From a bacterium (lineage in GTDB: Bacteria > UBA10199 > 2-02-FULL-44-16 > DYJF01), in contig JBGSNL010000069.1 of the NCBI GenBank assembly GCA_041739675.1, positions 11,592-75,591 of the forward strand: a stretch of DNA of 64,000 nt, in the 5' to 3' direction. The position numbers were made by a program, and so were the translations under genes. The notes below the pieces were generated by a model, which did not search any database, had not been told where the DNA came from, and worked only from the letters and a program-made list of their open reading frames with translations. Shown one piece after another: positions 45,425 to 54,784 of this stretch; position 1 is the first letter of the stretch; each line of letters starts with the position of its first letter.

Positions 45425-47782
45425 TTATAGATGCTCCACGGCGCCGATATCATAAGCAGCGCCCTGCGGTCTCGCTGTACCGTGAAAATCGTTTGCAACG
45501 CCACCCAGTGTCGGATCGCTTGCATCCAATCCGTCATTGATGCCTTCGCCGATCAACCCATAGAAGGCGTTCACTAGATTACCCACTGTTTCGGTCGCGT
45601 CGTAGACGATATTGTCGTCAACATCGGCAGCACCCATCGAAAAATCTTCATCGGTATAAACGTTTCCATCGCAATCACGCGCATAGATTTCGGCAGGATC
45701 GGATGTGAAGACGGAAAGCAGATTGTTCCTGAACATAGATGATGAATCCGGCGCGGTCCCCTCGCATTCAAGAACATAAAGGCCCAGCGCATTGCCAGCG
45801 AAGATGAGATTGTTGACGACGACGGGCGACGAGGAACCGAAGACCAACCCCTCCGCGCTTCCCAGCGACGCATTCCCACCGCGCGCATCTATCGTATTGT
45901 TCGCGAGGATAGACGGCGAATTTTGGAGCTCTACGCCTGTAACGAAGCGTGCGCCGCCCGCCTTTATTATGTTATTGGTCAGTGTGCCCGTTGCATTTTC
46001 GATTATGACGCCCGTGCTCACGCTGCCTATTCCGTCTATGCCGCCGCCGTCTATCACGTTTCTGGTCAGCGTCACATTAGCCAACGACGCGGCTGCAACC
46101 GCAGTGCTGCGCGTAACAACAGTATTGCCGGAGATAGTATTGCGATCGAGCGTTGCCGATCCGCCAGAGATTTTGACAGTCTTGCTTCCTTCTATCGCAT
46201 CCGCAGTTGCCGAACCGTTCTCAATATGGAATCCGCCGATGATCAGATTTGTAAGTCCCGATGTGAATATCGTCACATCCGCTGCGCTTCTCGTCAAAAC
46301 GGTTTTGTATGACAGATCGGCGCTTTCTGTACTACGCGACATGAAACGAACGCCGGGGTCATCATCGTTTTTGAATCCGCCAAAAATTCCGATGCCGTTT
46401 TGCCAGACGACACTTGCAACATTATATGTTCCGGCCGCAACACAGATTTTTTTGCTTTGGGCCTTGGCTTTCACTATTGCCGCCGAAATCGAGGCGAGAG
46501 GCTCATCCATTGTGCCGGCATTCGTGTCCGACCCGTGCGCGATATCCACGAAGACAGCGGTTTCCTTTGCGCCTACGTTCGAATCCGTTTCGTCAAGATC
46601 GCAGTCCTCAGCGACGCCGTCACTGTCCGCATCCGCTGCGGACTGAGGCGGGTTCGAAACGTATGGACAGTTATCGGAATCGTTCGACCAGCCGTCACCG
46701 TCCAAATCCGGGTCGCACGGATCGCCAATATCGTCACCGTCTTGATCGGCCTGATTCGCATTCACGTTGATGGGGCAATTGTCGGCCACATCCGTGATGC
46801 CGTCATTGTCGTCATCGGTGTCGCATGAATCGCCCGTCCTATCACCGTCGTTGTCGAGCTGAGTCGGGTTTGAGTTTATGGGGCAGTTATCCGAACCGTC
46901 ATTTCTTCCGTCGCCGTCTGAATCGCGCTGGAGCGGATTGCTGCCCAAATTCACTTCAGTCCGGTCACCAAGGCCGTCGCCATCCGTATCGGCCACAAGT
47001 TTATTTGTGCCGCGCGCCGCCTCTTCAGCATCGGACAAACCGTCGCCGTCGGTGTCGTTTTCGCAGGCATTGCCTTTGCCATCGGCGTCTGTATCAAATT
47101 GATCTGCGTTCGAAACGGTCCTGCAATCGTCATTGCCGTCGACAATTCCGTCTCCATCGCTGTCGGGATTTGTGGGGCTCGTTCCATATAGAAGCTCGTC
47201 GCTGTTTGAAAGGGCGTCGCCATCGATGTCGTCGTCGGAGTTGTCGCCGATGCCGTCGCCGTCCATGTCTCCCCATTCCGCCGATATTGAAGGGAACGGA
47301 TCGGCGCCGTCGGGAACTCCGTCGCCGTCGGTGTCTGGATTCGAGACGTCAAGGCCCAATAAAATTTCAGTCAAATTTGAGAGACCGTCAGAATCTGAAT
47401 CTGTCGATGTATCGAAATCGGTCTCGACCACCGTGATTGTTTCGCCGGTGGAATTGATCTGCCTCACGACAAACGCTACAGGTATGTCGTTGAAATAGAA
47501 ATCCGCTTCGAAGAAGGCGCCCGTTGGTGGAAGGGAGCCGCCTGCAGGCAGGCTGAACGTGTAGCTTCCGCCGCTGAAGACCCCTTCAGCCGGCCCGGCG
47601 ATGACCGCGGCATCGGCATCGGAAGAAGAATAGATGACGCCCATTGCTTTCAGACCAGTCCCGAGCGAGGAGATCGAAGATGGAAGGGTGGGGGTTAAAG
47701 TGACGCTGAGAGTTTCCCCGCCGCCGCCCCCGCCGCACGAAATCAATGTCATCGCAAGAAGTGCGATCAGTGTGTTCCGCAT
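45425..47782 (-). CDS. secreted protein with thrombospondin type-3 (Ca-binding) repeats and C-terminal parallel beta-helix domain
   Basis: Lipobox LISCGGGGGG; >10 D.D.DG..D..D.C repeats (TSP3); C-terminal N.I.GN....N.I beta-helix-like repeats; stop overlaps pal-like start. Confidence 0.7.
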   Translation of the reverse strand: MRNTLIALLAMTLISCGGGGGGETLSVTLTPTLPSSISSLGTGLKAMGVIYSSSDADAAVIAGPAEGVFSGGSYTFSLPAGGSLPPTGAFFEADFYFNDIPVAFVVRQINSTGETITVVETDFDTSTDSDSDGLSNLTEILLGLDVSNPDTDGDGVPDGADPFPSISAEWGDMDGDGIGDNSDDDIDGDALSNSDELLYGTSPTNPDSDGDGIVDGNDDCRTVSNADQFDTDADGKGNACENDTDGDGLSDAEEAARGTNKLVADTDGDGLGDRTEVNLGSNPLQRDSDGDGRNDGSDNCPINSNPTQLDNDGDRTGDSCDTDDDNDGITDVADNCPINVNANQADQDGDDIGDPCDPDLDGDGWSNDSDNCPYVSNPPQSAADADSDGVAEDCDLDETDSNVGAKETAVFVDIAHGSDTNAGTMDEPLASISAAIVKAKAQSKKICVAAGTYNVASVVWQNGIGIFGGFKNDDDPGVRFMSRSTESADLSYKTVLTRSAADVTIFTSGLTNLIIGGFHIENGSATADAIEGSKTVKISGGSATLDRNTISGNTVVTRSTAVAAASLANVTLTRNVIDGGGIDGIGSVSTGVIIENATGTLTNNIIKAGGARFVTGVELQNSPSILANNTIDARGGNASLGSAEGLVFGSSSPVVVNNLIFAGNALGLYVLECEGTAPDSSSMFRNNLLSVFTSDPAEIYARDCDGNVYTDEDFSMGAADVDDNIVYDATETVGNLVNAFYGLIGEGINDGLDASDPTLGGVANDFHGTARPQGAAYDIGAVEHL

Positions 47783-48531
47783 GATACCCTCCTCTTTGAA
47801 TCAGGTTTTGATGCGTCGCCGGTGGCGAAAAGAGGCGCGCCGCGACGTTTTGTTCCGTCGTTCAAATTCAAAGTGACCTCGGAAAACCTCCCGCTCACAA
47901 CATCATAGACCTTGTATTTGCGCTGCCCGGTTGGTTGAAGCGACGGCGCCATTTTTCCCAGCCCCGTTGCGACATCGAGGTTAATTTGAGTGGCCGTGCT
48001 GGATGCGTCGGCAAGGATTGCGGACGACGTCCCCGTCACATCTTCAACGGCAACGGGGTTTGCGGGATCTGAGAATATCTGAAACACGAGGCGCGTATTA
48101 TCCAGCGTGTTGCCGTCGGCGAGATTGGTGAAGATGGGAACCGCCTGCATTGCGACATCTACCTCTGCGGTATTTCCGCCTTCGATTATCACGCCACCTT
48201 GTTCACCCTGTCTTATGATCGCGTTGTTCGCGTTGACGGCCTCGACGACGATTTGTCTGTCGGCTCCGACGGGGATGTTTTCGATAACGCCGCCGGTTGC
48301 TGTGCCGTCGAATTCGGCAACGATCGGTGTTTCGATTCCAGCTCCCGAAATAGTAACGCGATAAGAAATTATACGGCCGTGTTCGATGCTTGGATTAAAA
48401 CTTTTGGAACCTGTCACCGCGACTTTCAAAACTCCGCACGCGCCGTCGCATGCTGATCGACTGCCAGAATTTGTGCCGCCACCGCATGAGACCAGCAAGA
48501 CAAGAACAAATATCAAGGTTAAGTGTTTCAT
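47767..48531 (-). CDS. hypothetical lipoprotein
   Basis: MKHLTLIFVLVLLVSCGGG lipobox; overlaps downstream gene by 16 nt. Confidence 0.45.
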   Translation of the reverse strand: MKHLTLIFVLVLLVSCGGGTNSGSRSACDGACGVLKVAVTGSKSFNPSIEHGRIISYRVTISGAGIETPIVAEFDGTATGGVIENIPVGADRQIVVEAVNANNAIIRQGEQGGVIIEGGNTAEVDVAMQAVPIFTNLADGNTLDNTRLVFQIFSDPANPVAVEDVTGTSSAILADASSTATQINLDVATGLGKMAPSLQPTGQRKYKVYDVVSGRFSEVTLNLNDGTKRRGAPLFATGDASKPDSKRRVSCGTH

Positions 48532-48539
48532 CTTAGACC

Positions 48540-49886
48540 TCATTTATTTTTAAACTGCACCGCGACACTTCCCCTGTCAGGCGACGAACCTCCGGACATC
48601 GCGGCCAGGATGCCTCCGACAACCGCTCCTGCCGCGGCCGTTCCAACCGCACCCCAGAAAATCGGCTTTTTATAGAACTCCTTTTTACGGCTGGTCAAAA
48701 GCACTGGGTCGCCAAGGCCATCCGGGTCCAGATATTTCACGGGATTTCCCATAAGATTCAGCTTTGCCATGGAGGCAAGCGCCTCCGTCATATCGGCAAT
48801 CGCTTGCGGTTTTTCAATCGCGTTACCGTATTCTACAATGATCTGCCTGTGGGCGGAGCGATACTGGCGGTCGAACATTCTTGTCTTCAAAATTCCACTG
48901 CCATCACTTTTTTCATCGCAGTTCACAACGACCGCTTTGTCAACTTTCAGGAGATCAGCGATTCTCAATCCCTCATCTATTTCGGCCCTGGCGCTTTCAA
49001 TTAGCGCCTGTTTTTTTCCAACTGCTCCGCCTCCATTGATCCAGCGCAGATTTTCCTTGATGACGATCTTTTTGCCGGCTCCTATATCCACGTTCTTTTC
49101 AACAGGTTGATACTTGTTGGTTTTAATGAGAACTGAGTAAGAACCCGCAGGCACCTGCGGCAGATTAAGCGGAGTGACACCCTGAACGATTCCGTTTATG
49201 TAAACTTCGGCGGCCGCGGGATCGGTCTCGACATGGAGCGAACCTTTTTCACCGCGCATGAGCCCGCCTCTGGACTCTTCAAACAAATCGACAATACTTG
49301 GAGGAAATGCCCTGCGGTCTATAAGATAAAATGGATTGAGACGGACCGCGCGCTCGAACGATTGCCTCGCGAGATTCAGATTTCCCGTCGCCTTTGCGAT
49401 GAGCCCCTGTGTGAGAAGCGCATCGTGGAGGGCGATGCCTTGAAGCATTTCAATGGCACGGGCAACCTCCACCGACGCTTCATCGTATTGAAATTGGAAA
49501 TAATGTTCTTTGGCGCGCGAAAGATTATCCAATGCGGAATCTTTTCCGCCCGATGCTGTCTCTCTTTGATGATAGGCGATGACCTGCTCGGCAATTTCAG
49601 GCGACACGATGTGAACGGGAGTGACAAACGGCAGTGCCCGCCTCAGCGCCGCAGCAGTGTCGCTTGAAGAATCATCGGATGTGCCGTCCTGTTTTGGCCA
49701 AATGACAATCGATGTGTTGTAGGAATTTTCAAGATCCTGAGCGCTGGCAATGGAAGGTATTAGGTTCCACGAAAGGGCCGTGAACACGGCGGCCCAAGAA
49801 ATAATTCTTTTGGAGCGGACAGTGATCATATCAGTTGCTGTAAGCACGAGGTGTGCCATCAAAAAATCTTTAAAAATCAATGGCAC
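48540..49886 (-). CDS. PEGA-domain protein with N- and C-terminal hydrophobic segments
   Basis: ..AEVYINGIVQGVTPLNLPQVPAGSYSVLI.. matches PEGA domain consensus; TPR-like segment upstream. Confidence 0.55.
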   Translation of the reverse strand: MPLIFKDFLMAHLVLTATDMITVRSKRIISWAAVFTALSWNLIPSIASAQDLENSYNTSIVIWPKQDGTSDDSSSDTAAALRRALPFVTPVHIVSPEIAEQVIAYHQRETASGGKDSALDNLSRAKEHYFQFQYDEASVEVARAIEMLQGIALHDALLTQGLIAKATGNLNLARQSFERAVRLNPFYLIDRRAFPPSIVDLFEESRGGLMRGEKGSLHVETDPAAAEVYINGIVQGVTPLNLPQVPAGSYSVLIKTNKYQPVEKNVDIGAGKKIVIKENLRWINGGGAVGKKQALIESARAEIDEGLRIADLLKVDKAVVVNCDEKSDGSGILKTRMFDRQYRSAHRQIIVEYGNAIEKPQAIADMTEALASMAKLNLMGNPVKYLDPDGLGDPVLLTSRKKEFYKKPIFWGAVGTAAAGAVVGGILAAMSGGSSPDRGSVAVQFKNK

Positions 49887-50053
49887 GACTTGTCGTCACT
49901 GCATGAAAACCGGTCACCCTGTCCGACTTTGCTGCAACTCCCGTCGCTCCCCCGACAGGTCCTTTTAATCCCCCTTTCAAGTGAGCCGCTTATAGTAGTT
50001 TTTATACGACGCTGGCAAGCAGAAATAGCACCTATATAATGAAGGGGAATCTG

Positions 50054-50082
50054 TTGCGCGGCGGCCCCCATGATGTTATAAG
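50054..50082 (+). promoter_or_regulatory. candidate sigma70-type promoter for opp operon (near-leaderless)
   Basis: TTGCGC-17 nt-TATAAG ending 12 nt before the oppA ATG. Confidence 0.25.
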
Positions 50083-50094
50083 TCCCTTAAAATA

Positions 50095-51729
50095 ATGAGT
50101 TTTTGGGGGACTGTGGATTTTGCAAAGACGGGTAAAATTCGCGTAATCCTTTTGTTTTTCGCGGTCTTTGGGGCGATTTTCAGCTCCGCTGCCTGCGGTT
50201 TTCGTGTCCCTCGCGCTCGCGATGCCCTTGTTGTCCACCTCGAGTCTGATCCTTCAACCCTGAATCCGATTCTTTCAACCGACTCTGCCGCCTCCTCGGT
50301 GGAAAAATTCGTCTACGAAAGTCTGCTCGATCGCGACAATCAAACTCTTGAGTTGAAACCGCTTCTTGCCTCCGATTGGCAAGTCGCCGACGATCATCTC
50401 ACCTACACGTTCACCATCCGCGAGAATGTGAAGTGGCAGGACGGCTCTCCCTTCACCGTCGACGATGTCGTCTATTCGTTCGAGAGGATAAGAGATCCGA
50501 AGATCGATGCCGCGCAGAAGCGTTCATATTTTGCGGACGTCGTTGGAGTAAAAAAAATAGATGATAAGACGATTCAGTTCAAATATCGCCGCCCGTATTT
50601 CAAGGCGCTTGAGATCATAGGCGGCATGCCCATCATCCCGAAACATATTTTCGAGAACGGCGAGGATTTCAACACCCATCCGGCGGGAAGAAATCCCGTG
50701 GGTACCGGCCCATACCGTTTCAAATCGTGGCAGACAGGCACGCTGATAACGCTCGAGAGAAATTCCGGTTACTGGAAAGAGGAGCCAAAGATATCCGGCG
50801 TCGTTTTCAAGATTATCCCAAGCTCGAATGTCGCGCTGGAGCTTTTGAAAAAGGGCGCGCTCGATTTCGCCGGCCTCCGTTCGATCCAGTGGGAGAAGCA
50901 GACCCAGACTCCGTCATTCACGAAACGTTTTGACAAATACCGCTACTGGCTCCCAAATTATTCCTATATCGGATGGAATTCGAGAAAACCGTATTTTGCG
51001 GACAGGCGCGTGCGTATCGCGATGACGATGATGCTGGACAGAAAAACTATTCTCAAAGATCTTCTCTTCGGGCAGGGCGAAATCGTGAGCGGGAATTTTT
51101 ACCGCTACGGTGACGCATATAATGAAAAAGTGGAGCCGTACGCGTACGATCCGGCGGGGGCGCGCCAGCTTCTGGACGAGGCTGGCTGGATAGATCACGA
51201 CGGTGACGGCATTCGCGACAAGGACGGCGTTCCTTTCAGTTTCACTTTCCTTTATCCATCCGGCAGCCGTTTCAGCCAGAGTATGGGGATCATCATGCGC
51301 GAGGATTTCATGCGCGCAGGAATTGAGATGAAGGCGCAGGCCCTCGAATGGACCGCGCTTTTGAAATTCATCCACGACCGGGATTTCGATGCGGTCTCGC
51401 TTGCGTGGGCGACAACCTTCGACGAAGATCCGTATCAGCTCTGGCATTCCTCGCAGGCTGAAAAGGGGTCGAACTTCGTGGGGTTTGAAAATGCAGAGGC
51501 CGACAAGTTGATAGAGGCTGGCAGGATAGAGTTTGATAAGTCAAAGCGCATCGAGATATATAAAAAACTCCACGCCTTGATTCACGAAGAGGAGCCCTAC
51601 ACGTTTCTCTTCACGAATCCGTCTCTTGTCGCCGTCGCGAAGAGATTCACGAACGTGAAGGCGTATCGCGCGGGGCTCGATATTCTGGAATGGGGCGTGA
51701 CACCCGGCCCCGAACTCAAGGAGTGGTAG
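50095..51729 (+). CDS. oppA: ABC transporter substrate-binding lipoprotein, peptide/nickel family (SBP_bac_5)
   Basis: Signal peptide + lipobox (SSAAC); family-5 SBP blocks (..GTGPYRFKSW..GYWK.. ). Confidence 0.85.
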   Translation: MSFWGTVDFAKTGKIRVILLFFAVFGAIFSSAACGFRVPRARDALVVHLESDPSTLNPILSTDSAASSVEKFVYESLLDRDNQTLELKPLLASDWQVADDHLTYTFTIRENVKWQDGSPFTVDDVVYSFERIRDPKIDAAQKRSYFADVVGVKKIDDKTIQFKYRRPYFKALEIIGGMPIIPKHIFENGEDFNTHPAGRNPVGTGPYRFKSWQTGTLITLERNSGYWKEEPKISGVVFKIIPSSNVALELLKKGALDFAGLRSIQWEKQTQTPSFTKRFDKYRYWLPNYSYIGWNSRKPYFADRRVRIAMTMMLDRKTILKDLLFGQGEIVSGNFYRYGDAYNEKVEPYAYDPAGARQLLDEAGWIDHDGDGIRDKDGVPFSFTFLYPSGSRFSQSMGIIMREDFMRAGIEMKAQALEWTALLKFIHDRDFDAVSLAWATTFDEDPYQLWHSSQAEKGSNFVGFENAEADKLIEAGRIEFDKSKRIEIYKKLHALIHEEEPYTFLFTNPSLVAVAKRFTNVKAYRAGLDILEWGVTPGPELKEW

Positions 51730-52737
51730 GTGGCGAGCTATCTAATAAAAAGACTTCTTCTCATGATCCCGACACTTTTCGGGATCACGGTGATAACTTT
51801 TCTCGTGATTCAGCTGGCGCCGGGCGACCCGGCGTCGCTCAAGGCGCAGTCCGGTACCGACGCGCTCAAGAGCGATCAAATGGCGGCGGAGGTGGTCGCT
51901 GAAACGCGGAAACTCTACGGCCTCGATCAGCCTGTCTATGTGCAATACGGGCGCTGGGTGAAAAGGCTGGCAGAGTTCGATTTCGGAAATTCATACCGCG
52001 ATCACAGGCCGGTCCTGAAAAAAATCGGCGACGCGCTGCCCATCACGCTCACCCTCAACATCATCACGATACTTATCGTCTATGTGATTTCAATTCCCAT
52101 CGGGGCCTACTCCGCGCTCAAACCCCGCGGCCTGCGCGACAAACTCTCCGCCCTCGTGCTCTTCGTCTTGTATTCGCTGCCAAGCTTCTGGGTGGCGATG
52201 ATGCTCATCGTCCTTCTGGGCGGCGGGGATTATCTCAACCTCTTCCCGATTGTGGGTTTCACGTCGGACAACGCCTCAGAGCTTTCATGGATCGGGTGGG
52301 CGGGAAACGTCTTATGGCACATCGTCCTGCCGGTGATATGTCTCACATATGCCTCGCTCGCTTTCCTTTCGCGCTTTTCGCGCGCGTCTATGCTTGAGGT
52401 GATCCGGCAGGACTATATCAGAACTGCGCGGGCGAAGGGTCTTTCGGAGAGGAGTGTTGTCTGGAAGCACGCGATGAGAAACGCGCTCATCCCGCTTGTC
52501 ACGCTCATGGGAACGCTTCTTCCTTCGCTTCTCGCCGGCAGCGTGATCATCGAGCAGATATTTGCGATACCCGGAATGGGGCGTCTCGGTTTTGAATCGG
52601 TTCTTTCGCGCGACTATCCTGTCATCATGGCGATCGCTTTCATCAGCGCGCTTCTAACTCTCGTGAGCGTGCTCTTGAGCGATCTCTTGTACGTTGTCAT
52701 AGATCCCAGAATCACCTTCAAGAGGCGCGCCTCATGA
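51730..52737 (+). CDS. oppB: peptide ABC transporter permease (DppB/OppB family)
   Basis: N-terminal RLL.MIPTLFGIT..TF, EAA-like loop IRTARAKGLSER. Confidence 0.85.
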   Translation: MASYLIKRLLLMIPTLFGITVITFLVIQLAPGDPASLKAQSGTDALKSDQMAAEVVAETRKLYGLDQPVYVQYGRWVKRLAEFDFGNSYRDHRPVLKKIGDALPITLTLNIITILIVYVISIPIGAYSALKPRGLRDKLSALVLFVLYSLPSFWVAMMLIVLLGGGDYLNLFPIVGFTSDNASELSWIGWAGNVLWHIVLPVICLTYASLAFLSRFSRASMLEVIRQDYIRTARAKGLSERSVVWKHAMRNALIPLVTLMGTLLPSLLAGSVIIEQIFAIPGMGRLGFESVLSRDYPVIMAIAFISALLTLVSVLLSDLLYVVIDPRITFKRRAS

Positions 52738-53726
52738 AGCATATGGAATCATACGGATCGATCGTCTGGCGCCAGTTCAAGAAGAGCAAGTTGGCACTTG
52801 TCTCTCTTGCAGTCGTGAGCCTCATCTTTGTCGTCGCGATTTTTGCGCCCTTCATCGCCAACGAGCGGCCCTTGTTGATGCGCTATAACGGAAAATGGTA
52901 CGCGCCGGCCGCGCATTTGTCGGCCGATCTGCGCGAGGTGGATTTCAGGGTGCTTTCAAAGACGAAGACGAACGGCCTTGTCATGCTCCGCGCGCCGATA
53001 CCATTTTCGCCCAACAGCTACGATCTTTCGCGCATACTTGAAAAACCCTCGCTTGCGCATCCCCTTGGCACCGACGGGGAAGGGCGCGACATTCTGGCGC
53101 AGCTCGTCTGGGGCAGCCGCGTTTCGATATCCGTGGGATTTGTCGCGGTGGGAATCTCGGTGCTGATAGGAATTTTGCTTGGCGTGCTTGCGGGATATTA
53201 CGGCGGGGCGGCAGATATCATAATCTCGCGCCTGATCGAAGTGATGATGTGCTTTCCCACATTCTTTTTGATACTTGCCGTGCTCGCGTTCGTCGGCCCG
53301 TCGATCTACAATATAATGATAGTGATCGGCCTTACGAGCTGGACGGGCGTTGCGCGCCTAGTGAGGGGGGAGTGCCTCAAGTTCCGCGCGCGCGAGTTTG
53401 TTGTCGCGGCGCGCGTAGCTGGCGCCAGGGACCGCCGGATCATTTTCCGGCACCTTCTTCCCAACGCGCTCTCTCCTGTTCTCGTGGTTGCGACGTTCGG
53501 CGTCGCATCCGCGATACTTGTCGAGGCCTCGCTTTCGTTTCTCGGTTTTGGCGTTCCGCCATCGACGGCAAGCTGGGGCAGCCTTCTTTCGACCGCGCAG
53601 GATTTCATGGACGTGGCATGGTGGTTGACTTTAGCCCCCGGCTTTGCGATTTTTTTAACCGTGACCGCTTACAATCTGGTGGGCGAAGGTTTGAGGGACG
53701 CGATAGATCCGAATTTGAAAACCTAG
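52734..53726 (+). CDS. oppC: peptide ABC transporter permease (DppC/OppC family)
   Basis: EAA motif region AARVAGARDRRIIFRHLLPNAL; overlaps oppB by 4 nt. Confidence 0.85.
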   Translation: MKHMESYGSIVWRQFKKSKLALVSLAVVSLIFVVAIFAPFIANERPLLMRYNGKWYAPAAHLSADLREVDFRVLSKTKTNGLVMLRAPIPFSPNSYDLSRILEKPSLAHPLGTDGEGRDILAQLVWGSRVSISVGFVAVGISVLIGILLGVLAGYYGGAADIIISRLIEVMMCFPTFFLILAVLAFVGPSIYNIMIVIGLTSWTGVARLVRGECLKFRAREFVVAARVAGARDRRIIFRHLLPNALSPVLVVATFGVASAILVEASLSFLGFGVPPSTASWGSLLSTAQDFMDVAWWLTLAPGFAIFLTVTAYNLVGEGLRDAIDPNLKT

Positions 53727-53788
53727 TCGTCATTCTGAGCGAAGCGAAGAATCCCATGGGATCCTTCGCCTGCGGCTCAGGATGACAA
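53727..53788 (+). repeat. intercistronic REP-like RNA stem-loop (27-bp arms, G-U wobble compatible on + strand) enclosing oppD start codon
   Basis: GTCATTCTGAGCGAAGCGAAGAATCCC-atgg-GATCCTTCGCCTGCGGCTCAGGATGAC; arm mismatches are all T:G (U-G wobble in + strand RNA); oppD ATG at 53782 is inside the 3' arm. Confidence 0.55.
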
Positions 53789-54783
53789 CCATTGGCATGA
53801 CACTTTTAAACGTGGAAAATTTGAAGACGCACTTTTTCACCGAGGCCGGAACGGTCAAGGCGGTGGACGGTGTTTCTTTTACTCTGGGCCGCGGCGAGAC
53901 GCTGGGCGTTGTGGGGGAAAGCGGCTGCGGCAAGACGATGATGGCGCTCTCGCTTCTTCGCCTCGTGCCCGATCCGCCGGGAAGGATAGTCGGAGGGCGC
54001 ATCCTTTATCAGCTCACCCAGACCGGCGGCCCGGTCGATCTTCTGATGCTTACCGACAGGCAGATGAGGGACATACGCGGAAAAAGGCTCGCGATGATTT
54101 TTCAGGAGCCGATGACCGCACTCAACCCTGTTTATACTATCGGCAACCAGATAGGCGAGGCGATCGAGCTTCACATCGGGGGCACGAAAAAAGAGGTCAG
54201 GCAAAAAACGGTTGAGATGCTCAAACTCGTCGGCATCCCCGCGCCTGAAAAACGCGTGGACGATTATCCCCACCAGCTCTCCGGAGGCCAGCGTCAGCGC
54301 GCGATGATAGCAATGGCGCTCTCGTGCCGCCCGGACGTTCTCATCGCCGACGAGCCTACCACCGCGCTGGACGTAACAATACAGGCACAGATACTGAATC
54401 TGATCGAGGAGCTTCAGGGGCGCCTCGGCATGGCCGTGATACTGGTGACTCACGATTTCGGCGTGATCGCCGAGGTGACGAAGCGCGTGATCGTCATGTA
54501 CGCGGGAAGATTCGTGGAGGAGGCGCCTACCACGGAGATTTTTGCAAATCCACTCCATCCATACACACGGGGGCTCTTGAGCTCCATCCCCCCGCTGAAA
54601 AGGTTGGACAAGAAAACGAAGCTCAAGACTATTTCCGGAACCGTTCCGAACCTTGCCGGCCTGCCGCGCGGATGCACGTTCCAGGACCGCTGCCCCAAGG
54701 TGGAGCCGCGCTGCCGGATCGACGAGCCGGAGCTGGTGGAGGTGGGCTCCGGACACAAAGTGAGATGCTATTTTCCGGGCTGA
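53782..54783 (+). CDS. oppD: peptide ABC transporter ATP-binding protein (OppD/DppD)
   Basis: Walker A GESGCGKT, signature LSGGQRQR, Walker B LIADEPTTALD, C-terminal oligopeptide-ABC domain. Confidence 0.9.
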   Translation: MTTIGMTLLNVENLKTHFFTEAGTVKAVDGVSFTLGRGETLGVVGESGCGKTMMALSLLRLVPDPPGRIVGGRILYQLTQTGGPVDLLMLTDRQMRDIRGKRLAMIFQEPMTALNPVYTIGNQIGEAIELHIGGTKKEVRQKTVEMLKLVGIPAPEKRVDDYPHQLSGGQRQRAMIAMALSCRPDVLIADEPTTALDVTIQAQILNLIEELQGRLGMAVILVTHDFGVIAEVTKRVIVMYAGRFVEEAPTTEIFANPLHPYTRGLLSSIPPLKRLDKKTKLKTISGTVPNLAGLPRGCTFQDRCPKVEPRCRIDEPELVEVGSGHKVRCYFPG

Positions 54784-54784
54784 T

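Noticed and set aside
45792-47436. Plus-strand ORFs (284 aa, 203 aa Arg/Cys-rich, others) across the TSP3-repeat gene
   Set aside because: They are alternative-frame artefacts of the highly repetitive GAC/GGC-rich TSP3 repeat DNA. The minus-strand frame gives clean DxDxDG repeats, a lipobox and a beta-helix.
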